A stretch of 64,000 bases of DNA from Anthoceros angustus (GCA_010909165.1 VJWM01000118.1:372001-436000), one strand, 5' to 3'. Shown: positions 1-15,152, counted from the stretch's first letter. Program-made: numbers and translations. The notes: a model not told the origin generated them from the sequence alone.

Positions 1-1130
1 TCTTGGGATACTCTTCCTCGCTAGAGACCTCCGTCTCTTCTTCTTGGACGACCGCTCCTCCTCAAGACACCTCCGATTGGTCTTCCTCCTCCTCAAGACT
101 CTTCCTCCTGAGTCCGAACCCCGCTTCTTCTTCTTCTTGCCTCCTTGGCGGTTCTTTATCCTCGATGTAGCGATTCCTCGTAGTTTTCGGCCGCTCGACC
201 GCCTTGCCCACGTCCTTCTCGGCTAGCGGCGGGCGTGCGCCATGGGTTTGGCTAGACCGCCGCGAACCACCGCATCGCTTGCATCGTGGTATGGGTTGGA
301 TGCCGATCCTCGGGCATAGAACCGCTCGATGTCTGAGCCCGGCTTCTCCTTCTTCCTCGCTTGATTTTCCAACTTTGATAATACATACCCCTCCGGTCGA
401 TCCTCGAAACCGTTCTAAGAAGGCATTTTCAAAGCTTCAAACGAGGCGGGTGGGGCATTCTCCTGGTCGGTACTTTCTCCGATACCATTGAGCTTGCCCC
501 TGAGAACCCCTTGGAAAAGCTGGATGAGCCGCGCCTCCTCTCCGTTGAAGTTGGCTTTGGACATGAAGTCCTCCACAAAGGTCTCGCATCCGCTCCTTCT
601 TCCCTCGAAACCGTTCTAAGAAGGCATTTTCAAAGCTTCAAGCAGGCGGGTGGGGCATTCTCCGGTGGTCGGTACTTTCTCCGATACCATTGAGCTGTCC
701 TCGGAGAACCCCTTGGAAAATTTGGATGGTGCGTCGACTCCCTCTCCGTTGAAGTTGGCTTTGGACATGAAGTCCTCCACAAAGGTCTCGCATCCGCTCC
801 TTCTTCCCTCCGAATATGGAGTACGCTTGTTTGGTCGAGGTAGGGGCCATGGCACGCCATCGATGGGTTAGGCGTTGTCCTACCTTCTTCCGTTGGCGTC
901 CCTTACCCGTACGTTGGTCCGACACCGACCACGTTCTCCCTCCTCGATCGACGGTGCTCTCTGGGTTTGACGTCTCTCTCTCCCTGGCTCGGAGCACGCG
1001 AGGTGACCACGTCCGATCCTCCCGACGGTTCACTCTTGACCGCCGCTCGACCGCCACGCATTCACTTACCTTCTCTTCCTAAGGACGCACTTTGCGACCA
1101 CGCACCGATTTCATTCCAACGGCGCCAAAA
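1..1130 (-). mobile_element. Ty3/gypsy LTR retrotransposon 5' internal region (degenerate gag) with PBS
   Basis: The minus strand reads CCGCCACA (LTR end), TTT, then TGGCGCCGTT (1118-1127), matching the first 10 nt of a tRNA-Asp PBS. Gag-like fragments follow (GCETFVEDFMSKANFN). They resemble the gag start of the 53-kb element. There is a ~201-bp internal tandem duplication (403/604). Confidence 0.6.
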
Positions 1131-1827
1131 TGTGGCGGACTTTGCGATGGACCGCGCACAATCCGTGTCGTTGTAGGAAGAAGTCCGTTCCCAAGGGAAT
1201 GATAGGCTGCCATCGGCTTTGTGATTCTACCGCCCTTAGCGCCACCCTCAACACACACACATACTCCTAACTACTCACGCGTTCACCGACAGCTGTGATG
1301 GCCAAACGTTTAAGGACCCGTTCGTCGTTGCCATACATCCTCACGCATCCCCTTTCCTCTCTCCCTCACGCTACACTCTTGGTCTTAGAAAAGACGCGGT
1401 TACTGCCGGACCTCCGTCGTTCGCGGGCCTCTCGTCCGGGCTCTACACGCCTCCCGAGTTCCTCCGGCCACACGCTTCGGGCCGGCCGCTGCTCGACGAG
1501 CACGGGTCATCACCCTTCCCCCGCACACCACAGCGTTAAGTCCGTCACGGGACCTTGATCAATCTCCCGAGTCTGTGCTCGCTGACTCAGACTCACGTTA
1601 GCAAGAAGACTCACAAAGGTCCGCAAGAACGGCATCAACACCAAGAGAAAGATGCTTTACTAGAGCACTCTTATATCTGCGCCCAAGGGCGTCTTTATTA
1701 CACCCCTATTCGAGCCGACAGCCCGGTATACCCTAATCGGCCGCCTACCATCCTATTTCCCCCTATCTCCTTCACATGGGTGGAAGGTCCTGGCCGCCTC
1801 GGAATGGGTGGTCCAATCCCCGTCACA
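1131..1827 (-). mobile_element. putative 5' LTR
   Basis: Starts with TG at 1131 next to the PBS. The far boundary (CA at 1826-1827, TGTGACGGG on the minus strand) is a guess, and no partner LTR is in the window. Confidence 0.35.
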
Positions 1828-2070
1828 GCACAATCGGATGATCCGTGAGGCGGGCCCTCCTCTCCCGAATCCTGTCAGCTCTGGCGGTCGACAACCGCCA
1901 TTACCGTCATCCTCCTCCGTGGCTCTCCTCGAAGTCCTCCACAAAGGTCTCGCATCCGCTCCCCTAGCGTAAGTCGAAGGGGCTCCTCATCGCCGCAGCC
2001 CCCCTCGAGGTCTGTCTCGACTCCGAACTCGAGTCCGGCCATTTCGAGTCCGCCGGCTAGGTCCGACCTT

Positions 2071-2197
2071 CTGGGTCCGGACCTCGGGTCCGGACACGGG
2101 TCCGGACTGTGGTCCGGACTTACACGGGTCCGGACTGTGGTCCGGAGACTCGGGTCCGGACTGTGGTCCGCCTCCGGTCCGGACAAAGTCCGGACTC
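2071..2197. repeat. array of palindromic GTCCGGAC-type units
   Basis: About 11 TCCGGA/GTCCGG cores spaced 11-16 bp apart. Confidence 0.85.
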
Positions 2198-2399
2198 ACG
2201 CCCACCCGGTTTCCTCCCTCACGGACTCCTCCGTGGCTCTCCTCAAGTCCTCCTGCCCGATCGCCGTGACTCCTGGGCCCTCCTTCCATGGTGAGGTGCG
2301 GGTGCTTACCTCGCATCCGCCGCCTCCCTCGCCTCCGGTTGCTCCTCTCCGCCTCCGTCATCTCCAAACAGGGCCACTAGGGTCCTGTCTTTGTCCCGT

Positions 2400-5300
2400 G
2401 GCCTTCATCTCCTTCCGAGCCTTCCGGTCCGTCCGTTGCGCCGGCCGAGGCTTCTACCGCCTTCGAGCTCGTGGTAATAGGCAAAGTCCGAATCGACTTG
2501 TTGAATTGCCTCTTCCACGTGTGCCCGAGCACCCGATACTCCCTCCGCCATAAGTGTTCCGGAGGGCGTGCCGCCCGGCTTGTTGGGCCACCTCTCGCCA
2601 GACGATACCGGAGCCGGTCAGATCACGCGAGGCTACAAGGCGGCCTCGGTCACCTCCTCGTTGCACCGTTGCTGCCTCCATCTCCTCCTTCCGCCTTTCC
2701 TTTGCCCCTTCCGCCTCCGCCATAGCGCAGCGTTCCCTTCCGCCTTTCTCACCGGACCTTTCTTTCTCGCTCGCGCTCCTCCGCTCATTCCGCCTTTAGC
2801 TCATGACTCCCTCTGTGATACCTCCGTCCAGGCTCGGACTTCCAGCCCTTCAGCAACGCCCAACTCCTTGGATAGTCGCCGATTTTCCTCCGCCTCGACG
2901 GAGCCGAGGCACTATTTCGTGCTCAAGTCGTGGATTCTCTCGTTGAGAATCACCGCCTCCGACGCATCTTGGAGTTGTAGCTCCAGTGTCCTTGCTGCCT
3001 CCATCTGCTGCCGCCTCCCCTCCTGCACTGACTGAGATCTCCTATCTCCCGAGGCCGGCCTCCATCTCCTCCTTCCGCTGGCCTTGCTCGCCCATAGTCA
3101 GGCGGCCTTCGAGTTAGCCTCGGCCTGCACGACTCTCCACCGGCCCGATCACGCTCGTAGTGATCCTGCCGCTTGCCGCGGCCCACTCCTTCGCCGCTTT
3201 ACTGGCCTCGCCCACTTGGCCGCGCCGCCGCCTCCGCCAGTCCCGAGCTCTCTGCTTGTGCCCGGCCTCTTCCGCCTCCGCGCCTTCCCCTTCGCCGCAA
3301 GGTCCTCCGCCCGCTTGGCCTCTGAGCTTGCTTCACTGTCTGACAGTGAAGAACCGGCCCGCCGAACGCCGCCTCGCTCCACCCGGCGCTTCCTTCCTCG
3401 ATCCGAGCGAGGGACTCCGCCTTTCCTTTGCCCCTGGGCCGCCTTCACTTGCTCTTGAGTTCCACCATCCTCCTCGGTGGCCTCCACTTCGGGTCTTCTC
3501 CTCACGGAGACCCCAAAGCATTCCGTCCATGACGGTAGCTGACTCGTGTTTCTTCCACGGCCGCGGTGAGGCCCCACAAAGTCCGTAGTGGAGCCGGCAT
3601 TTCTCCGCCAAGGACCTCCATACCGCAGCCCCGAGTAAGTCCGGACTGGGTTCTCGGACCTAATCGGGACCCTCGGTCACAGTGGTGAGGTCCGAGTCTC
3701 ACCCTCTTGGCCCTCTTGGCCTCTAACTCCTTTGTGCCCTCTTTCTCCGGGCTCGAGGAGGTGAGGGGTCCGGAGCAAGCTCTTTTGCCCCTTCCGCCGG
3801 GAGGGACTGGCTCGGGTGGCCTCCACTTCGGGTCTTCTCACTGTACACGAGACCCCAAAGCATTCCGTCCATGACGGTAGCTGGACTCGCCGTGTTTCTT
3901 CCACGGCCGCGGTGAGGCCCCACAAAGTCCGTAGTGGAGCCGGCATTTCTCGATCCGCCAAGGACCTCCATACCGCAGCCCCGAGTAAGTCCGACCGGGT
4001 TCTCGGACCTAATCGGGACCCTCGTCCCGAGTGGTGAGGTCCGAGTCTCACCTCTTGGCCCTCTTGGCCTCTAACTCCTTTGTGCCCTCTTTCTCTGGGC
4101 TCGGAGGAGGTGAGGGGTCCGGAGCAAGCTCTTTTGCCCCTTCTGTCGGGACAGGACCGGCTCGGTGGCCGCTGACCTCCCGCTCCTTGGGCCACCCTTC
4201 TCGCCTCCTTACCGCCTCTTGACCTCTTGCCACTCCGTGGGCGGGGTACGGCACCTTCCGAGGTGCGCCAGGCGGCACCGCCTTCCGCCTCTTGGCTCCC
4301 GTTGAGTTCGTCGGGGCTCGGCGTCGTGGTTGTTGGTTGGCCGTGCCGGAGCCGCCAACGCCTCCGACGCCTCCTCCGTTCATTACGGCCTTTAGCTCAT
4401 GACTCCCTCTCCAGTGATCGGATACCTCCGTCCAGGCTCGGACTTCCTCCGGCTCATGGCAGCAGCGTCCAACTCCTTGGATAGTCGCGATTTTCCTCCG
4501 TCTTGACGGGCGGGCTACTCTATTTATGCTTTCGAAGTCGTGGATTCTCTCGTTGAGAATCACTGCTGCTCAAGCGCATCTTGGGTTGTAGCTCCAGTGT
4601 CCTTCTTGTCCTCCATCTGCTGCCGCCTCTCCTCTACTTCCTGCGGTGTACTGGGATCTCCTCTTGGCCTCCATCTCCTCCTTCTGGCCTTGCACGCTCC
4701 ATAGCCTTTGCGGCCTTGAGTTAGCCTCGGTCACTGTGACTCTCTCCACGGTTCATCACGTCTGTAGTGATCCGGTCGCTCTCTTGCTGACTTAGGCTCG
4801 CCGCCTTTACAGGCCTCGCCCACTTGGCTCTGGCCGGGCCGCCTCCACCGCCCAGAGCTCTCTGCTTGTGCCGGGCCTCTTCCGCCTCTGCTGCGCTTCC
4901 CTTCCTGCAAGGTCCTCCGCTTGGCCTCTGAGCTTGCTTGGTGCCTGGTGAAGAACCGTCTGCTGAACCGCCCGGGCCTCGCGCTCCACCGGCGTTCCCT
5001 TCCTCGATCCGGAGGACTCCGCCTTTCCTTTGCCCCACGGCCGCCTTCACTTGCTCTTGGGTTCCACCATCCTCCTCGGGTGGCCTCCACTTCAGGTCTT
5101 CTCCATTGTACCAGAGACCCCAAAGCATTCCGTCCATGCGGTAGCCGGACTTCGTGTTTCTTCCGGGCAGTGAGGCCCCACAAAGTCCGTAGTGGGGAGG
5201 CATTTCTCGATCCGCCAAGGACCTCCATCATGATCAGAGTCGGTGGGTTCTCGGACCTAATCGGGACCCTCGGTCACAGTGGTGAGGTCCGAGTCTCACC

Positions 5301-8100
5301 CTCTTGGCCCTCTTGGCCTCTAACTCCTTTGTGCCCTCTTTCTCACAGGGCTCGGAGGAGGTGAGGGGTCGGGAGCAAGCTCTTTTGCCCCTTCACTGTC
5401 GGGGCAGGCCGGCTCGAGGTGGGGCTGCTGCCGGTGACCTCCACTTGAGCCCTTTGCCCTCCTTACGCCTCTTGACCTCTTGCCACTCGTGGGCGGGGTA
5501 AGTGCACCTGAGTGCGTTGGTAAGCACCGTCTTCCGCCTCTTGGCTCCCGTTGAGTTCGTCGGGGCTCGGCGTCGTGGTTGTTAACTGCACCGGTGCCGG
5601 GCCCTCGGCATCGACTCCCTCCCTCGCTCGGAGGGCACCAAAAGGAGGGAAGGGGAATCTCCTCCCAAACTTCCACAGGTGGTGAGGGGTTCGCCTGACG
5701 ATGGAGTCCGGAATCCCTCCCGCCGCCCTCCTCCCGAGTCCGCTTGGTCTCAAGGACGACCCCCACCTCGGCGCCTTGCACGCCTACTGCAGTGGCCTCC
5801 ACCTTCCCGAGCGCCTGCAAGCTCTTTTGCCCCTTCACAGCCGGGGCAGGGGCTCGAGGTGGGGCTGCTGCCGGTGACCTCCTGCTCCTTGGGCCACGTC
5901 CCTTCGCCTCCTTACCGCCTCTTGACCTCTTGCCACTCGTAGGCGGGGTAGAATCACGGCACCCGAGGTGCGTTGGTAAGCGGCACCGTCTTCCGCCTCT
6001 TGCTCCCGTTGAGTTCGTCGGGGCTCGGCGTCGTGGTTGTTGGCTCTGGCCGGGCCGCCTCCGCCTTTAGCTCATGACTCCCTCTGTCTTTGCTCGGAGG
6101 GCACCAAAAGGAGGAAGAATCGCCTCCCAAACTTCCACAGGTGGTGAGGGGTTCGCTCGACGCGTATGGAGTCAGGAATCCCTCGGTCGTCCTCCTCCGA
6201 GTCGCTTGGTCTTGAAGGGCGACCCCCACCTCAGGCGCCCTTGCACGCTCTACTCGGGGCCTCCGGCCCCTTGGGCCCCCTCAAGCTCTCCTCCTTCAGA
6301 GCTCGAAATGTCCCCATACATGAATCGTATGGGGTCACCGATGGCGAGGGCTTCGCCCTTAGCTTGTGCCGGGCCTCTTCCGCCTCTGCTGCGCTTCCCT
6401 CTTACTGCAAGGTCCTCCGCTTGGCCTCTGAGCTTGCTTGGTGCCTGGTGAAGAACCGTCTGCTGAACCGCCCGGGCCTCGCGCTCCACCGGCGTTCCCT
6501 TCCTCGATCCGGAGGACTCCGCCTTTCCTTTGCCCCACGGCCGCCTTCACTTGCTCTTGGGTTCCACCATCCTCCTCGGGTGGCCTCCACTTCAGGTCTT
6601 CTCCATTGTACCAGAGACCCCAAAGCATTCCGTCCATGCGGTAGCCGGACTTCGTGTTTCTTCCGGGCAGTGAGGCCCCACAAAGTCCGTAGTGGGGAGG
6701 CATTTCTCGATCCGCCAAGGACCTCCATCATGATCAGAGTCGGTGGGTTCTCGGACCTAATCGGGACCCTCGGTCACAGTGGTGAGGTCCGAGTCTCACC
6801 CTCTTGGCCCTCTTGGCCTCTAACTCCTTTGTGCCCTCTTTCTCACAGGGCTCGGAGGAGGTGAGGGGTCGGGAGCAAGCTCTTTTGCCCCTTCACTGTC
6901 GGGGCAGGCCGGCTCGAGGTGGGGCTGCTGCCGGTGACCTCCACTTGAGCCCTTTGCCCTCCTTACGCCTCTTGACCTCTTGCCACTCGTGGGCGGGGTA
7001 AGTGCACCTGAGTGCGTTGGTAAGCACCGTCTTCCGCCTCTTGGCTCCCGTTGAGTTCGTCGGGGCTCGGCGTCGTGGTTGTTAACTGCACCGGTGCCGG
7101 GCCCTCGGCATCGACTCCCTCCCTCGCTCGGAGGGCACCAAAAGGAGGAAGGGGAATCTCCTCCCAAACTTCCACAGGTGGTGAGGGGTTCGCTCGACGT
7201 ATGGAGTCAGGAATCCTCGATCGTCCTCCTCCCAGTCGCTTGGTCTTGAAGGGCGACCCCCACCTCAGGCGCCCTTGCACGCTCTACTTGGCGGGGCCTC
7301 CGGCCCCGGGCGCCCGTTCAAGCTCTCCTCCTTGAGGAGCTCGAAATGTCCCCATACATGAATCGGTATGGGGTCGGCCCGATGGCGAGGCTTCTCGCTC
7401 CTTAGCTTGCGTGCCTCTGGAGCCGGCGAAGATAATCCTTCCCACCGCCTTCACCGAGCGCATGCGAGAATACCAAGTTATCACCAAGGTGATCCACCTT
7501 GGTGAGGTGTTCCAATGGACAATGATCCGGCTACCGCCCTTACTCGACCGCCCGCAGATCGGATATCAACCATCCGTTGGTTGTCCGCTGCCTGTGCCTC
7601 AAGACGCTCCGTGGCCGGGCCCTATCTTCCCTTCGCCTTAAGGGGCTCGCACCACGCCCCTTCTTCCTCCTTGAGCGGTTGTAGGCCATCCTCGGGACCT
7701 CCAAGGTCCATCGCCTGGTCCTCCGGAGGTTCTTGGATCGGACCTCCTTGTTGGCCGCGCCACATCTTCCGCAAACTCCGGACTAGAGTGTTGGTCCGAC
7801 CATTTGGAACATCCAGATGCCATTCCCCCGCACCACCGCCTCCACCAGGCCCAAGTCCGGATAGCGCCGGGTCACAATGTTGCGCCCACGAGGGTCCATG
7901 GCTCCCAGACTTCCGGCTTTTGGGTGCCATTGCTTTCTCCTCCTCTTGTCAGAGGCGCCGAGTCCGCCGGGCACGATGTTCCTCCTTCGCCGCTGCTCAC
8001 GCTCCAACCTTGACGGTGGCCGCTTGCGATCGGCGCCCAAAAGATAGCGCCAGAGAGCCGGATTATGGAGCGCAAGGGACCGTGAGGATTGTCTGAGGTC
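2400..8100 (-). mobile_element. decayed TE-associated ORF region (MAPKSRK start, coiled-coil-like tail) amplified as a nested tandem array
   Basis: Repeated blocks: 2770-3150 with 4390-4760; 3480-3760, 3820-4110, 5070-5360 and 6570-6860; 4905-5648 appears identical to 6405-7148 (offset 1500). GC-rich, with many frameshifts. Confidence 0.6.
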
Positions 8101-9681
8101 GCTGCAGCGAAATGACCTCCCTCCTCGGCCGCGCTTGTGGAAGTAACTCAAGGAAGGCGCTGTCCAGAATCGCTGTGGGGAACTGCTTTGTTACCCGAGT
8201 CTCGGGAGTATACTCCGAGCCTAGTCCAAGCGCTACCCCAATTTATTCCTCCTTTTCCGCCTTATTTATCCTTCAATCCTAAAAAAAACAGAAACCCTAC
8301 TTATTTCTTAACTCCCCAGGGAAGTGCATAGCCCACATACGCATAAGACATGAATGTTTCAAAGCTGCCAATCCTTCAAGAATAATGTATTTAAAATTTC
8401 TCTTTAGTCAATACACAGAAGAAGTCTTATTCCTATGCATCCTTCATACTATCTACTCTATGCGTGAGGGTGATCCAACTAGCAAATCTAATTTCTGAAC
8501 TGCATTGAGTACCCAGTCCTTGTCAATATCGAGCATTTGGGGCTCAAGCAACATTACTCCTACAACCAAGGCTTCATTTCTGCTCAACAAAAGAAGAGTT
8601 CAATGAGCACTGAACGGTCTAGAAATCTGCCTTACAATACAATATATGCAGATGCTTGCGCAAGTGTGGCATGTGGGGGAAAAATGCTGTCGCATACGCT
8701 AGGATTATTTGAATGAAAATATGCTTGTGCATGAAAATGTTACCAAGCAAAAGGCACATCGACATGAGCACGAGGTATTTGCATCCGATTCCTTTGATTG
8801 GCATGCCATAGTGGACAAGGACGAACCACTTAAGAAGGCAAAGGAGAAAACATCTTCAGTTATGTCTCGATAAATAAGTGAAATATCATGTTACGTCTTT
8901 GGAGGCCCCGAGCTGCTCAAGGGACTGTAAAAAATGAAACATGGGAGGGCTAAAATGTTACTTAAAATTGTAGCAAAGCCTTGCTGTTTCTAGTAGTGTG
9001 AGGATAAAAAGGCTGTACATATAGCCCACCAGGAGCAGTGCCTTCATGTGCGCCTTCGTTCTTTTCTGGAGGAGGACAAATGTTAGTTAGTAAGATGGTA
9101 TAGGGATGAGACCCCGTTCCACAATCTCATGGGCTTCGCGTCCAAGTTAGCCCGCTTGACTGCTCTTTGAGTGTGGTTGGCATGCCTCTTTCGGAGTTGG
9201 TTGCCATGTATTGATCTTTGAGGCATTCGGTCAATGAGATAGGTCCTAGTACTCCTTGTGGGAGTTCGAAGTGACTATGGCAATACATAGAGAAGATGGT
9301 CGGCACTACCCAATTTGCATAGGTCATCTTATGGTGGAACCCATCTGTCAGCAGCTGTCAGAGTGGCGCTGCAACGACATTTTGGCTTGACAGGTGTGCT
9401 CTTTTGTAGAACACTGGAAGGATCAAGCTGCCCACCTTGTGGTCACGAGGGGCATGCTCCCCTCCGTGCTGAAGATTGTCACAATTGGCCTTGCTTAGGG
9501 AAAGCTAGGCTTAGGCTTGCGAGATTAGTTAACCAAAAAAGAAAAAACCCATGCCTTTGTTTCTCGAACTAACTCCCATGTGAGGGAAGTACGGTGGTGG
9601 ATGAGGCTGTCGCGGGGCCACAAACCACTTAATCGAGCTTTGACTGCCTGCGCGTCAAGTGGCTGAGCTATTCCAAGATAT

Positions 9682-10548
9682 GAAGAAGAAGAAGAAGAAT
9701 TTTATTTAAGTCCACTAAGGACGGATTTCCGTCATGGGACTTGGTACTTAACAACTTGTACCATGTTATGCCTAAGCTACTTGCACCAAGGGCATCCATT
9801 CCCTTTAGGCACCCCATCTAAGTACCGATCCAAGCGCGGATGCTTAATAACCACGTTCTTATAAATGTGTGTCCATTTGGCCTAAGCCATTTGGACACTG
9901 ACCACATATGGACATATGGCCGCTGAGGTTAAGTCTATCTTCCCATCTTCTCCATGCAATCTCCAACACTTCTCTCTCAAAATATATGCCCAACAACTTA
10001 TCCAGTAATTGAAACATTTCTTGAATTTCCAGTAAAGTATCGTAAATGTTGTGCAAAACTGGGTGTAACATACCAAATTAGTGTTAGACAAAAACCAGCC
10101 ATCATGTAGTTAAGCACATCACAAAAATGCTCTAGTGCACACAAGCTTGTTAGACAAGCATAGCAGCCTACATCCTACAAGTAGCAAGGATGATCATTTA
10201 GGGCAAATCAACAACAAACAGCAGTTGGCACATCTTCATAATCGTGCTAAGAATGGGACTCATGTCCAAATGGCTTAGGCTAAATGGACACACATTAAAT
10301 GGACACACATTTATAAGAATGCCGTAATTAAGCATCCTAAGCTTAGATCAGTACTTAGATGGGGTGCCTGAAGGGAGTGGATGCCCTTGGTGCAAGTAGC
10401 TTAGGCACACCATAGTACAAGTTGTTAAGTACCAAGTCCCATGACGGAAATCCGTCCTTAGTGGACTTAAATAAAATTCTTCTTCTTCTTCTTCTTCTTC
10501 TCACAATGTGGACTTAAATAAAATTCTTCTTCTTCTTCTTCTCACAAT
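9682..10548. mobile_element. tail-out inverted pair of (TTC)n-tailed retroposon-like 3' ends, plus a 34-nt extra copy
   Basis: 9682-9897 is the reverse complement of 10263-10500, and both end in ...GTGGACTTAAATAAAA(TTC)n. The mini copy 10508-10541 is flanked by TCACAAT on both sides. Confidence 0.65.
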
Positions 10549-10686
10549 CTTGACAGCACGAGAGAGGCTCGTCTTCGTGCTGTTCTTCCGTCCTCAATTC
10601 TGGTAGAACAGGTATGGATTATCCACCCAAATGGGATCTTTTGTAGGAACTCACCTCTTCCGTTCTAGGTAATGTTCTCGAGTTAC

Positions 10687-10728
10687 AGTGGAGGGGTTTA
10701 ACGCTTCAGTGGAGGGGTTTAACGCTTC
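10687..10728. repeat. 21-bp tandem duplication
   Basis: AGTGGAGGGGTTTAACGCTTC x2. Confidence 0.9.
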
Positions 10729-11264
10729 ACATATATGCATGAGGGCCCGGTTTGCTATGTGGCGGGGGTGGACTGTGTAGGTCAGTAAAACAGCCTAGTC
10801 CGCCGTACCGAGGCCAAAAAAGCGGCGCGGACTGGGCACCCTAAAAGCAAATCCCAGAAAATCTCTCTAGCAAAAGAAATGATTTATCCAGCCCTATATA
10901 TGCAATGCGCCATTGCCCTACCTGTGGAGCCTGGACTGGTAGCAGGCGCACCGTAGGTGATTCAGTGTGACACGAAAATTAGACGAGACGGGCGTGCTCA
11001 GCTGACGGCGCATGAGGTAGGTAGCTCATTTGACGTTTGTTGATTGTGCAGGTAAGATTCTACCGAGTTTTTGATGTAACGTGCTGTTCCCATTGGTGGC
11101 TTCGGGCAGTGGGCGGGTGCATTGGGTCCCAGGGTCTTGGTGTCTTGCCTCTCCAGATCGGAGGAAGGTTGCTAGGGGATAAAATAGGTCGCGTGCTGCA
11201 ACCCGGTCTTTGCGCAAGTTTCCTTGTTGGCCTTGCATCCAAGGGTGAGGCGTGCAGCTCGGCC

Positions 11265-13351
<2,087 letters not shown>

Positions 13352-14021
13352 TGAGGTGAGCCTGGATCTGTACCTCAGATTGTATTCGTTGCTAGGTTTC
13401 GTAGGGCTTCAGGGTACACTCATGGGTATGAAGTGCCCATGTATTTTTTTTCCCCAGTTTCAAAGATTTATTTTAGCATCACAAGAATGGCAGCTTCTCG
13501 TGTTTATGACAGCTTTTTGTGGAGCTGGTGTCAAGCAGTACTTTCGTCCGGCGTTAGTCTCGTCACATATTGATGCTTGAAGTCCTTGTTTCATGCGTAG
13601 TAGTCGCTGGAAATTTCTTTGGTGGTTCACCCTTTATTCTCGTTCATGCAAAGCCCCTTGAGGATATGATGTGTATTTATTGTCATCTGAAAGACTGACG
13701 CTCATGCTTCAGTATGATGATGTACTTTACTGATCCTCTGAGTTGGTGTTCAGTCTCAGTTATTTATCGCTTTCTGTGATTTTATGATTTCTTAAGACCA
13801 TCTGAACATGTAGGCCATCTGACTGTCTCCGCGGGCCCTCCTGCTCTTGTCCCGCCCCTTTCTGTCCTCGAAGTCTGCGCGATCACGTAGTGACTATCGT
13901 GCTCTACGACAAAATCCGATATCGGGACTAGTGTAAGGGAGCACCGTTGAACGAGAACGTCCATGCGGTCCTAGATACACTGCAAGGATTATTGGCAGGA
14001 CACAGTTTCTATTTCAATCAG

Positions 14022-14223
14022 AGGATTGCTGTTCTCAACCATTGAAGAGAACAGTTTTTCTCAACCTTTAAAGGGGACTGCTTTTCTCAACCTTTAAAGA
14101 GAACAGTTTTTCTCAACCTTTAAAGAGGACTGCTTTTCTCAACCATTACAGGACCGTTTTCCTCAATCATTAGAGGGGACTGTTTTCCTCAACCATTTTA
14201 AAGGACTGCTTTCCTCAATCATG
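14022..14223. repeat. 26-bp minisatellite, ~8 copies
   Basis: Unit resembles AGAACAGTTTTTCTCAACCTTTAAAG / GGGACTGCTTTTCTCAACCTTTAAAG. It ends ~60 bp before the ORF at 14280. Confidence 0.9.
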
Positions 14224-14279
14224 ACCATCTGAGTCTCCCATCCATGCGTAATATTTAGTCATCTTTCACGTTCTAAAAG

Positions 14280-14762
14280 ATGTTAAAGCTTCAGCTAATT
14301 GTTACAGGTAGATACTTGTTAGTTCTTTTAATCAATCTGCATTTTGTTTCTTTGGTTAGGTCAGTTTCGCCTCCTCCACAGTTTACACCTCCAGATTTGA
14401 CACTAATATATCAAGGATGTGGAGACACATTTTTCTCTGTTGATAGTGTATACGCTGAGTTATTAGAAGCTGGACTCAACATTCTCATAAACACGGCAGG
14501 GCAAAATTTTCAAACTAGTCCATTGGATACTACGCAATTTCAAGATGTATATGGTGAGCTCCACGGAAAAACTTTTCAACTTATTTGGAGTTCGGCCAAA
14601 TGTTTTAGGGGTAGAGCCATTAAGACATCATTTGAATGCAATGTATGTTTAAGATATTTAAAGGATAAGTTAGCACGTGAATGCCCCTGGATTCATTCAG
14701 CTGAAGTCACAGTTGCAGATTGTACGTTAAAATATAGTAAAGATAAGTATTATGGAGAATAA
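14280..14762 (+). CDS. secreted cysteine-rich protein, single-domain Gnk2/DUF26-like (copy 1)
   Basis: Hydrophobic N-terminus, then six Cys: GCGD ... KCFRGRAIKTSFECNVC ... ECPWIHSAEV ... DCTLKYS. Clear paralogue of 17588-18070. Confidence 0.7.
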   Translation: MLKLQLIVTGRYLLVLLINLHFVSLVRSVSPPPQFTPPDLTLIYQGCGDTFFSVDSVYAELLEAGLNILINTAGQNFQTSPLDTTQFQDVYGELHGKTFQLIWSSAKCFRGRAIKTSFECNVCLRYLKDKLARECPWIHSAEVTVADCTLKYSKDKYYGE

Positions 14763-15152
14763 AAAATTATTTTGGGACTATTCTTTTGAAAATATTTCAG
14801 TGTTCAAGCTACATAGTATATTATTTCATGGAAAAAATTAAAAAGAAATATAAAATAATTGGGAAACCAAAAGATTCATTCTTGGACGTATTCAGTCACT
14901 TGGAGGTTGTACTTTAAGAGATAGTAAAGATAATGATTATAAATAATTAAATTCATATATTTTATATAAAATAAAAATTGAAAATATCTTAGTGTTCAAG
15001 TACATTGTATTTTTATAAAATATTTCAAATTTTATATAAATAATTGGGAACATTAAGGAGTTGGTATTGACCCGTAATGTCTAATGGGTGGAATTGAGAA
15101 AGTGGAGAAGAACATTCACATCTATGCCCTCACTGTATCTTTGTCAGGTCAA

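Noticed and set aside
8194-8224. Overlapping palindromes followed by CTAG, as a Helitron 3' end
   Set aside because: CTAG is only 1 nt from the hairpin rather than the usual ~10, and no 5' TC end or Rep/helicase sequence was seen.
11049-11056. CAG-GTAAG as a recursive splice site in the PRMT1 leader
   Set aside because: It is fully explained as an ordinary consensus 5' splice site of a UTR exon.
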